Of a stretch of DNA of 64,000 bases, positions 36,166 through 45,089 are shown piece by piece. Position 1 is the stretch's first letter. Every line of letters starts with the position of its first letter. The stretch lies in assembly GCA_043813585.1 (NCBI GenBank), contig JBDRKW010000020.1, forward strand, positions 1,185-65,184, in the 5' to 3' direction. The stretch comes from Candidatus Kerfeldbacteria bacterium. GTDB lineage: Bacteria > Patescibacteriota > Patescibacteriia > UBA9570 > XYC2-FULL-38-9. A program made the position numbers and the translations under genes. The notes under the pieces were generated by a model. The model was given only the letters and a program-made list of their open reading frames with translations. It was not told the DNA's origin and did no database searches.

Positions 36166-37037
36166 GACAATGTAGATTTTCTGAGCCAGAACCACTGGAT
36201 CGGATAGATGAGGATGGCTGCGATTGCACGTTTCCATAACGGTTGCTCTGTTTTCCACGTTTCGTCGCAGCGGATGCCGGAAAATGCTTTCCGCCGCTCC
36301 GGCAGCGCCAGCCGGTTGCCGCCGATATTATGGTAGTCATCCATCGTTCTCACGCGCTCGGCATAATCAGCGGGTATTTCAATATTCAGGAAGCGCGCAA
36401 TCGATTCCAGATGGGCCTTCGGTTCCCGGCAAAACTTCTCATAATGAATAAACAGCGTGGGCACGCCGGACTTGCGCACGTAACGCATGATGAGAAAATT
36501 CATCAGCAACCACTTGCCCAGTGAAAGGAAGTAGCTCTTGCGCGGCCCCTGCTTGCCCGAATTGAACGAATTGGCCACCGCGCGCGCGTCGCGGATGACG
36601 AAAATGTTCGTGACCTTCAGGGACGGGTCTGAATGGAGCTCCGCCAGCCGCCCAACCTCTTTGGAAGAATCCAGGAAATATTTGACGCCGGAAGTGCATT
36701 TGCCGGACAGTTCGGAAAGCAGCGCGGCGTTGTCGGATGTATGCGCAAAGCGAAGGTTGCGGTACAGGGGATTGAGCGCGTAATGCAAAATCTTCAGGTA
36801 GTCGCGGACATTCATCCTGTTCTCTATATGGAATTGTTTCTGGTTTGCCGCCGCATCAGACCAGAACGGACATACAGTCATCGCTCTGCCGCAGCTGCAG
36901 GGCACGCCTTCCTCGGCCATGGCATTGAACTTATACATTTCGCCGACGCTGCAGACGCTTGTGCTGCTTGAGATCACCAAATCGAGCAGGGTGGACCCGC
37001 TCCTGCCGATGCCTGAAATATAGATTATTTCGTTCAT
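36162..37037 (-). CDS. PAPS-dependent sulfotransferase
   Basis: The protein has a 5'-phosphosulfate-binding P-loop ISGIGRSGSTLL and a 3'-phosphate-binding region IRDARAVANS. It is 291 aa. Confidence 0.7.
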   Translation of the reverse strand: MNEIIYISGIGRSGSTLLDLVISSSTSVCSVGEMYKFNAMAEEGVPCSCGRAMTVCPFWSDAAANQKQFHIENRMNVRDYLKILHYALNPLYRNLRFAHTSDNAALLSELSGKCTSGVKYFLDSSKEVGRLAELHSDPSLKVTNIFVIRDARAVANSFNSGKQGPRKSYFLSLGKWLLMNFLIMRYVRKSGVPTLFIHYEKFCREPKAHLESIARFLNIEIPADYAERVRTMDDYHNIGGNRLALPERRKAFSGIRCDETWKTEQPLWKRAIAAILIYPIQWFWLRKSTLS

Positions 37038-37061
37038 GCGTTTGTCGTAAAAAGCGTCCAG

Positions 37062-37090
37062 ATTATACTAGATAATAACTCTAATATCAA
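37062..37090 (-). promoter_or_regulatory. sigma70-like promoter on the minus strand (TTGATA-N17-TATAAT) for the sulfotransferase/GT2/GT4 transcription unit
   Basis: The reverse complement reads TTGATA..17 nt..TATAAT and ends about 25 nt upstream of the ATG at 37037. Confidence 0.55.
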
Positions 37091-37094
37091 GGAA

Positions 37095-37123
37095 TTGACG
37101 GTATTATAGGCCTTCTATAGAAT
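37095..37123 (+). promoter_or_regulatory. sigma70-like promoter (TTGACG-N17-TAGAAT), divergent from the one above
   Basis: TTGACG is at 37095-37100 and TAGAAT at 37118-37123. The predicted TSS lies just upstream of the ATG at 37145, giving a short leader. Confidence 0.55.
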
Positions 37124-37144
37124 GAAGTGCGAACAACCGCAATC

Positions 37145-38278
37145 ATGAAGATATTAATAGTCAATTACGAATTCCCGCCGCTTGGCGGCGGCGGCGGAGT
37201 GGCGGCCAAGGATTTGGCGCGCGGTTTTATGAAAAACGGCCATAGCGTGGATTACCTGACCACGCGGTTTAAGGATGCACGCCGGACAGAAACCGTTGAC
37301 GGCATCCGCGTGCATCGCGTTCGTGTGCTTGGACGCCGGCACCAGTCCCACGCCTCGTTGCCTTCGCTCCTTTCCTTTCCGTTTTGCGCTCTATGGAAAG
37401 GCATCCGGCTGTGCCGCACGCACCGGTACGATCTGATAAATACCCATTTTGTCATCCCGTCCGGTCCGCTCGGCTGGTTGTTATCCGTACTGTTCCGAAT
37501 CCCGAATATCCTGACCGTTCACGGGGGAGATATTTATGATCCCACAAAATCGCTGTCGCCGCACCGCCATTGGGGGTTGCGCGCGGTCGTCCGGTTCCTC
37601 CTGAACCGCGCTGATGTCGTCACTGCGCAGTCCTCGAATACGAAGGAAAATACGCTGGAGTATTACAGGCCGCGGAAGCAGATACAGGTGATTCCGCTGG
37701 CGTACGAAACAATACCGTATGCACCGGTGCCGCGCACAGAGCTGGAGCTTGACCCTAAAGCGTTCGTCCTTGCCGGCATGGGCCGCATGGTCAAGAGAAA
37801 ACGCTTTGCGGATATCGTGAGGGCGCTGCAATTGCTGCCGGAACAGGTGCGCGCCGTAATTATCGGCAAGGGCCCGGAATCGGAAGCGATCAAATCGCTG
37901 GCCCGGGAGATGGACGTGGCCGACCGGCTGCTGCTGCCCGGGTTTGTCAGCCAGGAGCGGAAGATGCAGCTGCTTAATGCATCGGACGCCTTTGTCCTCA
38001 GTTCCGAACACGAAGGGTTTGGCATCGTATTGCAGGAAGCGATGCAGGCCGGGTTGCCGATTATCGCAACGAACAACGGCGGCCAGACCGATCTGATTAC
38101 ACAGTCAAAGAACGGCTACCTCTACAAACCTGGCGACGTACAGGCGCTCGTCGAATCGATCCGTGCGCTGATGGCGAACGCGGATCTTCGGCGGGAGATG
38201 GCAGAGGAAAACAAACAACGTGTCAGGGAGTTTTCACCCGAAAGCATTGCGCAGCGGTATCTGGAACTGCTCGGTTAG
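37145..38278 (+). CDS. glycosyltransferase, family 4 (GT-B fold)
   Basis: The start was re-assigned to MKILIV, downstream of the predicted promoter. The N-terminus is NYEFPPLGGGGGVAAKDLA, and the C-terminus reads SSEHEGFGIVLQEAMQAGLPIIATNNGG. Confidence 0.8.
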   Translation: MKILIVNYEFPPLGGGGGVAAKDLARGFMKNGHSVDYLTTRFKDARRTETVDGIRVHRVRVLGRRHQSHASLPSLLSFPFCALWKGIRLCRTHRYDLINTHFVIPSGPLGWLLSVLFRIPNILTVHGGDIYDPTKSLSPHRHWGLRAVVRFLLNRADVVTAQSSNTKENTLEYYRPRKQIQVIPLAYETIPYAPVPRTELELDPKAFVLAGMGRMVKRKRFADIVRALQLLPEQVRAVIIGKGPESEAIKSLAREMDVADRLLLPGFVSQERKMQLLNASDAFVLSSEHEGFGIVLQEAMQAGLPIIATNNGGQTDLITQSKNGYLYKPGDVQALVESIRALMANADLRREMAEENKQRVREFSPESIAQRYLELLG

Positions 38279-39141
38279 AACGACCAGCTGTCGATTGTCC
38301 GGCCAAGCAGGTGTTCCAGCTGCCGTTTGTCGGCCGTAAAGCGGGAGACAAGCTCATTCCTGGTCGAAGATGCGACCTCATAGTGGGATGTGTCAGGAGC
38401 CAGGTACAGCCGTTCCAACAGCTGCTTTGCCGTCGTGTGCGACAGCTTGCGGACCAGCCATAAGCCGGCGGCAGAACGTTTGATCATATTTTTTGCGTTG
38501 CGGGCGGTTTCGCGCTTCACGGCCTGTTTGGCATTCACTTTCCTGTGCAGCGCTTCAGGAGGGAAAGACGAATCAACACCCAGGAACGAATAGACGCCCC
38601 CGATAACGCGTTCCGGGTCCTCTTTCAGATCTTCAAACAGCACCACCTTGATTTGTTCAGCCGGGAACAGGTCATAATATCGTTTCAGCTGCTCATAATA
38701 AAAACCTCGCTCGATGAATTCCGGGAATTTCTTCGAAGCCTCTTCAAATGTGTCTGGGACCGGGATGAGCTTGCGCGTATGGGCGTATTGCGACAAGGCG
38801 CGGTAGACCGGGTCGCGCAGGATCGCGATGATTTTCACCGACGGGCTGTATTCATGGATCAATTTGGCCGATTCGGGATCATAGATATAATGCGTGCTGA
38901 ATTCGCCCAGTAACTGGCCCGGCTTTGCGCCTGCAAACTGTTGTTTGTATTCATCAAAACCGCTATACTGCCGTTGACGCGTTGCCGGACAGTGCTTGAT
39001 GCGGTTCCAATAATCCAGCTCCTTCTTCTTCGGAACATAAATCTGCGGGTGTTCCATCAGGCATTCCGCAAGCCAGGTCGTGCCGGCTTTTTGCGCGCCG
39101 ATGCCGATGAAGTCAATTGTGAACGGGCGTTGTGCGCTCAT
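38275..39141 (-). CDS. PAPS-dependent sulfotransferase (Sulfotransfer_1/3-like)
   Basis: The protein has the 5'-PSB motif FIGIGAQKAGTTWL (PKxGTTW-type) and the 3'-PB motif ILRDPVYRALSQY (RDPxxRxxS). Confidence 0.8.
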   Translation of the reverse strand: MSAQRPFTIDFIGIGAQKAGTTWLAECLMEHPQIYVPKKKELDYWNRIKHCPATRQRQYSGFDEYKQQFAGAKPGQLLGEFSTHYIYDPESAKLIHEYSPSVKIIAILRDPVYRALSQYAHTRKLIPVPDTFEEASKKFPEFIERGFYYEQLKRYYDLFPAEQIKVVLFEDLKEDPERVIGGVYSFLGVDSSFPPEALHRKVNAKQAVKRETARNAKNMIKRSAAGLWLVRKLSHTTAKQLLERLYLAPDTSHYEVASSTRNELVSRFTADKRQLEHLLGRTIDSWSF

Positions 39142-39146
39142 TTTCT

Positions 39147-40628
39147 ATGAAAGACGTAAAAAAATTATTGATAAAGGGGTCGCTTGCCGTGTTCGCGGGC
39201 TACGTTGGTTTTAAGGCCATCGACCTCCTCATGAAGATCCTGGTCGGCCGGTTGTTCGGGGAGGAGACACTGGGCCTCTTCAACCTGTTCATCAGCCTGT
39301 TTTTTGTCCTGTCCCCGCTGGCCCTGATCGGCATGCACATGGGTACGAAACGCTATATTGCAGAAGCGCACCCGCAAAACAAGGACATTGTAGTCCAAAT
39401 CGTGAAAAAATCAACTGCGTTTATCGCTGCGAACGCAGTCATCATCTCCTGCCTGCTCTTCGCCGGCAGTTCGTTTATTGCGCGGTTCCTACTGAAGAAC
39501 CCGGATCACGGAACGATCATCCGGTGGTTTGCGGTCGGCCTGCCGTTCTACGCGCTGATCATGATGTTTACGCATTATCTGGAGGGGATGAATATCGTGC
39601 GATACACGGTGTGGTATGAAAAGATCATCCGGCCGCTGGTTCCGATGGCCGGCGTGGCAGCTGTCGCCGTATTTAGCATGGATATCCGCTGGCTCTATAT
39701 ATTTTACAATGCAGGGCTCGCGCTTACCGCCATGCTGTTTATCATCGAGCTTCGCCGCCGCGGGTTGTTTATGCGCATGGCCGGGTCGGCAGCAGGCGTA
39801 TCGCTGAAAAAAATGCTGTCGTATTCCTGGCCGCTGATGTTCCACAGCATGCTGTATATCCTGCTGGCGCAGTCGAGCCTGTTCGTCATCCAGTATTTCA
39901 TGGGGGAAAAGGACGTGGGTCTGTATTCCGCAGCCGCCGAAAACGCCAAGCTGATCCCGTTTTTCCAGGCATCGCTCGCTCCGCTGTTCTTTACCATCAC
40001 GTCGCGGATGAATGCGTCGAAGCAAAAGGAAGAAGCGAAGTCGCTATACCTGTTCTCCAGCAACGCAGTGTTCGTCATTACACTTCCGGTGGTCATTATT
40101 TTTTTCCTGTTCGCGCGGGACGTCCTGTACGTCACGTTCGGCAGCGCCTTCACGTCAACAGTTTTCCTGCTCCAGGTACTGGCGGTCGGATACATGGTGG
40201 ATGTAATCATCGGACCGGTTGACCTGTTTCTGAATTCGCTCGACAAGACGCGCCTGGTCATGATGAATTCGCTCATTGCGCTCACCATCGGGATCGTCCT
40301 GAGCATTATCCTTGTCCCGCGAATCGGGCTGACCGGCGCGGCCGTCTCGACTGCGCTCGCGATCGCCCTGCAGAACGTCATCGGCGGAATCGAGCTGTGG
40401 TGGATCCGCAGGCTGAACGTCTTTACCAGACAAAAAATAGTTGCCTTAAGCACGGCTGTCGGCCTGTCTCTTCTGACGCTGCTTATCCTTCCGCAGCTTC
40501 CGGATGAACTCTGGATCCGTACGGCGACGGCGCTGGCAGTCCTTGCATGCTATGCGGCGGTGCTCCACCGCTTTATCAGGTCCGCGCTGCGTTCGGCGTT
40601 CGGCGCGGTCATGAACCGTTCTGCCTAG
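39147..40628 (+). CDS. polysaccharide/oligosaccharide flippase (Wzx-like, MOP superfamily)
   Basis: The protein has about 12-14 TM helices. The start was placed at MKDVKK to avoid a head-to-head overlap with the divergent sulfotransferase; the track has 39132. Confidence 0.65.
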   Translation: MKDVKKLLIKGSLAVFAGYVGFKAIDLLMKILVGRLFGEETLGLFNLFISLFFVLSPLALIGMHMGTKRYIAEAHPQNKDIVVQIVKKSTAFIAANAVIISCLLFAGSSFIARFLLKNPDHGTIIRWFAVGLPFYALIMMFTHYLEGMNIVRYTVWYEKIIRPLVPMAGVAAVAVFSMDIRWLYIFYNAGLALTAMLFIIELRRRGLFMRMAGSAAGVSLKKMLSYSWPLMFHSMLYILLAQSSLFVIQYFMGEKDVGLYSAAAENAKLIPFFQASLAPLFFTITSRMNASKQKEEAKSLYLFSSNAVFVITLPVVIIFFLFARDVLYVTFGSAFTSTVFLLQVLAVGYMVDVIIGPVDLFLNSLDKTRLVMMNSLIALTIGIVLSIILVPRIGLTGAAVSTALAIALQNVIGGIELWWIRRLNVFTRQKIVALSTAVGLSLLTLLILPQLPDELWIRTATALAVLACYAAVLHRFIRSALRSAFGAVMNRSA

Positions 40629-42963
40629 AAAGGTAGTCGTTGTGGATGTAGATTTTAACCTTGCCGATGTTTTGAATCAGCGAATAGTCCGCCTCTAGAA
40701 TAGATTCCAATTCGGCGTTCTGGCCGTTCTTTTTCGACTGGAAAAATGTCCGGAAGGTCATACGCGCGCTTCCCATGATGAATTTCGGCTTTTTTTTGCG
40801 GATGAGCTGCGCGTAATCGACAGCGCCGTACTGGATGTAACCGCCAAAGGTGTCAAGACGGTCATCCCAGAACGCGGGACGCCGCAAATCGATGCGGTAG
40901 ATCCATGGCGTGCCAACCTTCAGCAGGTTTTCATTGGTGATCATTGACGCCAGCACATAGTCGCCGGTGAAGAAGGTGTCATCCGGCTCCAGCTCAATAC
41001 TGTCCACGACGCGCTGCAGGTTTTTGTAGGTATAGAGCGTATAGTCGGTCGGATAAAAATTACTTACGAAGTTGGCGATAAACAGCGAAACCACGATAAT
41101 GCCGAAGACGCTGTACCGGATCGCCTTCCTGAACGTCCTCGTCGACTGTACGACGGCAAACAGGACGAGCGGAAAGAGATACAAAATGTACTTGAAGCGG
41201 GACGGCATAAAGACCGCGCCGTACATCATCCCAAGCAGAAAGGTATTTGTCGAGAAGAGGATAATCTCCGTCTTCCGGTCGATGGCCGCATCGCGAATGT
41301 CGCGGGCAATCAGAATGGCCAAAATAATACTGACAATGATGCAGCCGGCAATGCTGACGTGGAGGAACGGGTGGACATCGCGGAAAAAGCCGCTGGAGCC
41401 GAACTGGACGGCAAACACGATGAAATAAAAGGCGATAAACAGGAACAGAACCCCGTACCCCAAAAGCGCGCTCCGCTTCAGGAGGTAGATGTAATTCAGG
41501 AGCGATATGCTGATGAACACGAAAAGCGATTCCATCAGCAGCGGCCAGAATTTATTGATCTCGCCGGACGACAGGAAGCTCCCGAACACGATAACGAAAA
41601 ACAGCGCAATGGACGCGGCGTTCGCCGCGACGAATAGATTCGCGTCAAGCCACCGGATCAGCGTTTTTATGCGCCGAATAGCGAGCAGTCCGAGCCATCC
41701 GGCTGCCAAAGAGGCGCCAAGGCCTGCATACAGCCATATGACTTTTTTCAGAACAAGGACATACACATGTTCAAAGGTCGACTGCATGCCGAACACGAGC
41801 CAGAACAGCGCGATCGGAAGAAAACTGACGACATACGCCGTGACAAGCTCTTTGCTGATGCGTTTGTGTTGGAGTACGAATACCACGATAAGGAAAACCA
41901 GAAACGCCTGTGAAGCCTTATAGATGAGAATGGAAGAGCCGATCAGCAGGCCGATAACGGCCCATTGGCGGAGGCGGGTTCTCGGCAGGGTCAGCAGTTC
42001 AATGCCGTATGCAGTCATGCCGATCACAAACGGGAACCACACGATATTAAACAGTCCCCAGGTGGAGCGCATAAATACCCCGCTGAACAGGACCAGGATA
42101 AGCACGGTCGCAAGAGCGGCTTGTGAGGAAAAAAGCCTCCGGATGAATGCATACGACACGGTCAGAATCAGAAATTGCATAGCGACGACAAAGAGCCGCA
42201 AACCCAGCAGCGGGTCAGAGAAGAGGAATGAAACCGGATAATACATATAGATGGCCAGGGGCTCCCGATACCAAAAATCCTTATACATCACCAGCCCCTC
42301 ATTAAGCATTTTGATGACATATAGCGTATTTCCCTCATCCGTGCCGATGCCGGTTGAATAAATGCTGAATACCTGGTAGCTGATGAAGATGCCGATCAGT
42401 CCGAGCAGGATGAGTACATGGGGCCACCCGACCGAATCTTTCCAGCACAGAAGGTCGGATACCGGCTTAAGGCGGGATAACATGGGCAGATGCAGCTTCA
42501 CCCGCTGCCGCTGTTCTGACGACGTCGCTATGTCGCGCGCGCGGGAATTTTCAAAGAGAGTCCATTTTCGAAGCGCGTCGTCAATAGTGCGCAGGCTTTG
42601 TATGAACGATTCACGGACCTGATAGCTCATCACAGCAAGCAGAGCAATGTAAAACGGGAATTGAAAGTTGTAGAGTTTCGGGTTGTGGATTTCGGCAAGC
42701 GCCGCAATGATCGAGAACAGCCAAAGAATAATGACTGCCGCGAACCAGCGTCGCTCATGGTAGAGCCCGTGGGCGCTGAATGTCCGGTTCAACAGCAGGG
42801 ATTCAAAAAAGAACAGGCCGATGAGAAATGGGTCAAGATACGAATAGGCGGGAGATTCAGGCGGCAGGAATATCCATGCGACAAAAACGGCCACGCTCAG
42901 CGCCAGCGGGATCCACGTCATCTTATAATAAACGGTTCGGCTTCTTGATTGGTGCGCGGGCAT
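40609..42963 (-). CDS. GT-C family membrane glycosyltransferase (ArnT/PMT-like), large
   Basis: The protein has more than 13 TM helices and a DE motif in an early loop (GIGTDEGNTLYVIKMLNEG). A C-terminal soluble domain of about 180 aa follows. The start is uncertain; candidates are 43017, 42963 and 42921. Confidence 0.6.
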   Translation of the reverse strand: MPAHQSRSRTVYYKMTWIPLALSVAVFVAWIFLPPESPAYSYLDPFLIGLFFFESLLLNRTFSAHGLYHERRWFAAVIILWLFSIIAALAEIHNPKLYNFQFPFYIALLAVMSYQVRESFIQSLRTIDDALRKWTLFENSRARDIATSSEQRQRVKLHLPMLSRLKPVSDLLCWKDSVGWPHVLILLGLIGIFISYQVFSIYSTGIGTDEGNTLYVIKMLNEGLVMYKDFWYREPLAIYMYYPVSFLFSDPLLGLRLFVVAMQFLILTVSYAFIRRLFSSQAALATVLILVLFSGVFMRSTWGLFNIVWFPFVIGMTAYGIELLTLPRTRLRQWAVIGLLIGSSILIYKASQAFLVFLIVVFVLQHKRISKELVTAYVVSFLPIALFWLVFGMQSTFEHVYVLVLKKVIWLYAGLGASLAAGWLGLLAIRRIKTLIRWLDANLFVAANAASIALFFVIVFGSFLSSGEINKFWPLLMESLFVFISISLLNYIYLLKRSALLGYGVLFLFIAFYFIVFAVQFGSSGFFRDVHPFLHVSIAGCIIVSIILAILIARDIRDAAIDRKTEIILFSTNTFLLGMMYGAVFMPSRFKYILYLFPLVLFAVVQSTRTFRKAIRYSVFGIIVVSLFIANFVSNFYPTDYTLYTYKNLQRVVDSIELEPDDTFFTGDYVLASMITNENLLKVGTPWIYRIDLRRPAFWDDRLDTFGGYIQYGAVDYAQLIRKKKPKFIMGSARMTFRTFFQSKKNGQNAELESILEADYSLIQNIGKVKIYIHNDYLSRQNGS

Positions 42964-43064
42964 TCGGATAATGGGAAGTAACCCTAAAATGGTACTTGAA
43001 CCGGGGCACTGCGTCAACGTCAGTTGGAATGCGCGCGCTCAATCTGTTATAATTAGTAGCTGTT

Positions 43065-45089
43065 ATGGAATATTCAAACGCTTCTCTATCAATCAGCTCG
43101 CGGGTCTTGCCCGGCGTCATCGCCTATATCTGTTTTTTTGCGGCTGCAACGCTCGCGTGCGCCCTGTATTTCAGCATGAAAGGGCAGCTGTTTTCCAGCG
43201 GAATTTTGTATTACCAAATTTCGGCGTTTCTGGATTGGTTCACCCCGTCCATTACCTATTTATTTATCGGATGCTCCTGTATCATAGCCGCAAGCGCAGT
43301 GTATGCGTCATTGCTTCGTCTGGGTGCGGATTCATGGTTATCATGGACCTTCGGGATTTTGTATGCGCTGGCGCCGGTAATGATGCAGGATGCGTTTTCC
43401 CTTCCCGCATCCATGTTTTTCATGATCGGCTTCCCGGTTTCATTTTTTTTGATTATATCAGCGATACATTCCTGGTACGGGATCGCTTTTTCCATCATCT
43501 GGGCAATGGCCTGGACAATTGTGCTGCCGGTCGGGGGCGTTGCGCTGATACTGACAATCGCATCCGGGTATTGGTGGTTTGACCTCGTGCTTTCGGACCA
43601 GAAAGGAACGAGGCTGAACAGGTTTTTTACGACCGTATCGTTGGTTGGGTCCTATATCGTGTTCATTGTGCTTGCAATCATGCTTTCGCGGTTTGTCGCG
43701 CCAGTGCTGGAACGTTTTAATATTAACGCCTACGACCGCCTCATTGAGGTCGCCAAACACGCGTCCGTTGATTTTAGCTGGGCGCTGGACTTTCCTTTGA
43801 GCGCCCTTTTTTCAATTTATTTCCCGGTTGAACCGACAAGCGTTCCGGAATACTCAATTCCCGCCTTTGCAATGCTGTTAGCGCTCGCACTGTACGCCTG
43901 GCTGTCAAAAAAGTATATCAGCGGTATTTTTTCACGGGCCATGCTCGTGTGGACCGGCCTTGTTTCCTTGCTCTGCCTCGTGGTCAGCCTCGGTCCTCTC
44001 TTGAAATTCGGCTCGCAAATTGTAGAACCGTACATCCCGCTTCCCGGCGCATTTTTGATTTGGTTCAGCAGCTTTGAAAAAGCGCCGTATTATTTCATTC
44101 TCCCTGCGCTTTTTTTCGCCCTCCTTGCGGCCGGCATGCTTATATCGAGCTATGTCAGGAAACACCAGTATAAGTATTTTACGGCAGTTATTACGGTGGG
44201 GTTCATATTTTTCATCGGCCAGTACGCGACCGGTGCGGTTCCGCGGACCTACCTGTACATGGGCCAGGATTACAGCGGGATCACCGAACGCCCGCAGTCA
44301 ACCCAGGTCTTTGAAATCCATTCGGGGTATATTCTGGAGAGCTATTTGCGCTACCAACGCGCGGCCCAGCACGGCCAGCTGGTGGTAGACGACTCGTCGG
44401 AATTCGGCCAGCAGATATACCACATCATCGCCACCAGCGGCGTCCCGTTCATTCCGCAGCAGAACGCAAACGCGACCGGCGCCATATTATCGTATTATAA
44501 TATCCATTACGTTGACCTGATCAAACAGACGGTCAAGCCGGGAAAGAAAAAGCTGATTGACGCCGCAGAGAACCTTGAGGCGTACGAGGCAATCCCGTTC
44601 GCGCAATTACTCAACAGCAACCACGCGTTCGTTCCGCTGGCGAAGGATGAATACCACAATCTCTACGCGGTTCAGTTTTCGGAGCTGCCGGAAGCCCATA
44701 TCAGCTTTACCCAGACCTCGCCGCCGACCGCACGCGTCAAGATCGACGAGTCCAGCGAGGCGCAGGAATTCAAGTATATCCAGTTCATCAGCGGTGGGAA
44801 GCTCAATTATATGAATTTTACGCAGGACCGGCAGCAGGCGGAAGTCCGCATCAACTACAGCAGCAAGCGGTTCATACAGCTCCACGTCATGTTTGACAAC
44901 CAGCTCGTCAAGATGTTCACGATTCCGAAAAAGACAAACAACGCGCAACTCGAATTCACGCTCGAAAACATTGAGCCGGGCGAGCACAGTATTGAATTTG
45001 TCATACTAAAGAGAAAAGGAGCCGTACTCGACAACATCAATACAAAAAGCGGACTTCGGGTCCGCTCGCTGGAGTATTCATTAGATTAA
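43065..45089 (+). CDS. polytopic membrane protein with a C-terminal soluble domain, possibly GT-C/YfhO-like
   Basis: The N-terminal 400 aa hold about 10 TM helices, and a soluble C-terminal region of about 250 aa follows. No DD/DE motif was recognised. A candidate TTGGAA-N18-TATAAT promoter ends about 10 nt upstream, which suggests a very short leader. Confidence 0.45.
   Translation: MEYSNASLSISSRVLPGVIAYICFFAAATLACALYFSMKGQLFSSGILYYQISAFLDWFTPSITYLFIGCSCIIAASAVYASLLRLGADSWLSWTFGILYALAPVMMQDAFSLPASMFFMIGFPVSFFLIISAIHSWYGIAFSIIWAMAWTIVLPVGGVALILTIASGYWWFDLVLSDQKGTRLNRFFTTVSLVGSYIVFIVLAIMLSRFVAPVLERFNINAYDRLIEVAKHASVDFSWALDFPLSALFSIYFPVEPTSVPEYSIPAFAMLLALALYAWLSKKYISGIFSRAMLVWTGLVSLLCLVVSLGPLLKFGSQIVEPYIPLPGAFLIWFSSFEKAPYYFILPALFFALLAAGMLISSYVRKHQYKYFTAVITVGFIFFIGQYATGAVPRTYLYMGQDYSGITERPQSTQVFEIHSGYILESYLRYQRAAQHGQLVVDDSSEFGQQIYHIIATSGVPFIPQQNANATGAILSYYNIHYVDLIKQTVKPGKKKLIDAAENLEAYEAIPFAQLLNSNHAFVPLAKDEYHNLYAVQFSELPEAHISFTQTSPPTARVKIDESSEAQEFKYIQFISGGKLNYMNFTQDRQQAEVRINYSSKRFIQLHVMFDNQLVKMFTIPKKTNNAQLEFTLENIEPGEHSIEFVILKRKGAVLDNINTKSGLRVRSLEYSLD

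Noticed and set aside
39132-39146. Head-to-head overlap of the divergent sulfotransferase (-) and flippase (+) starts as annotated by the ORF track
   Set aside because: A 10-nt overlap of divergent start codons is implausible. Choosing the next in-frame ATG (MKDVKK, 39147) for the flippase removes it. The true starts remain uncertain without transcript data.
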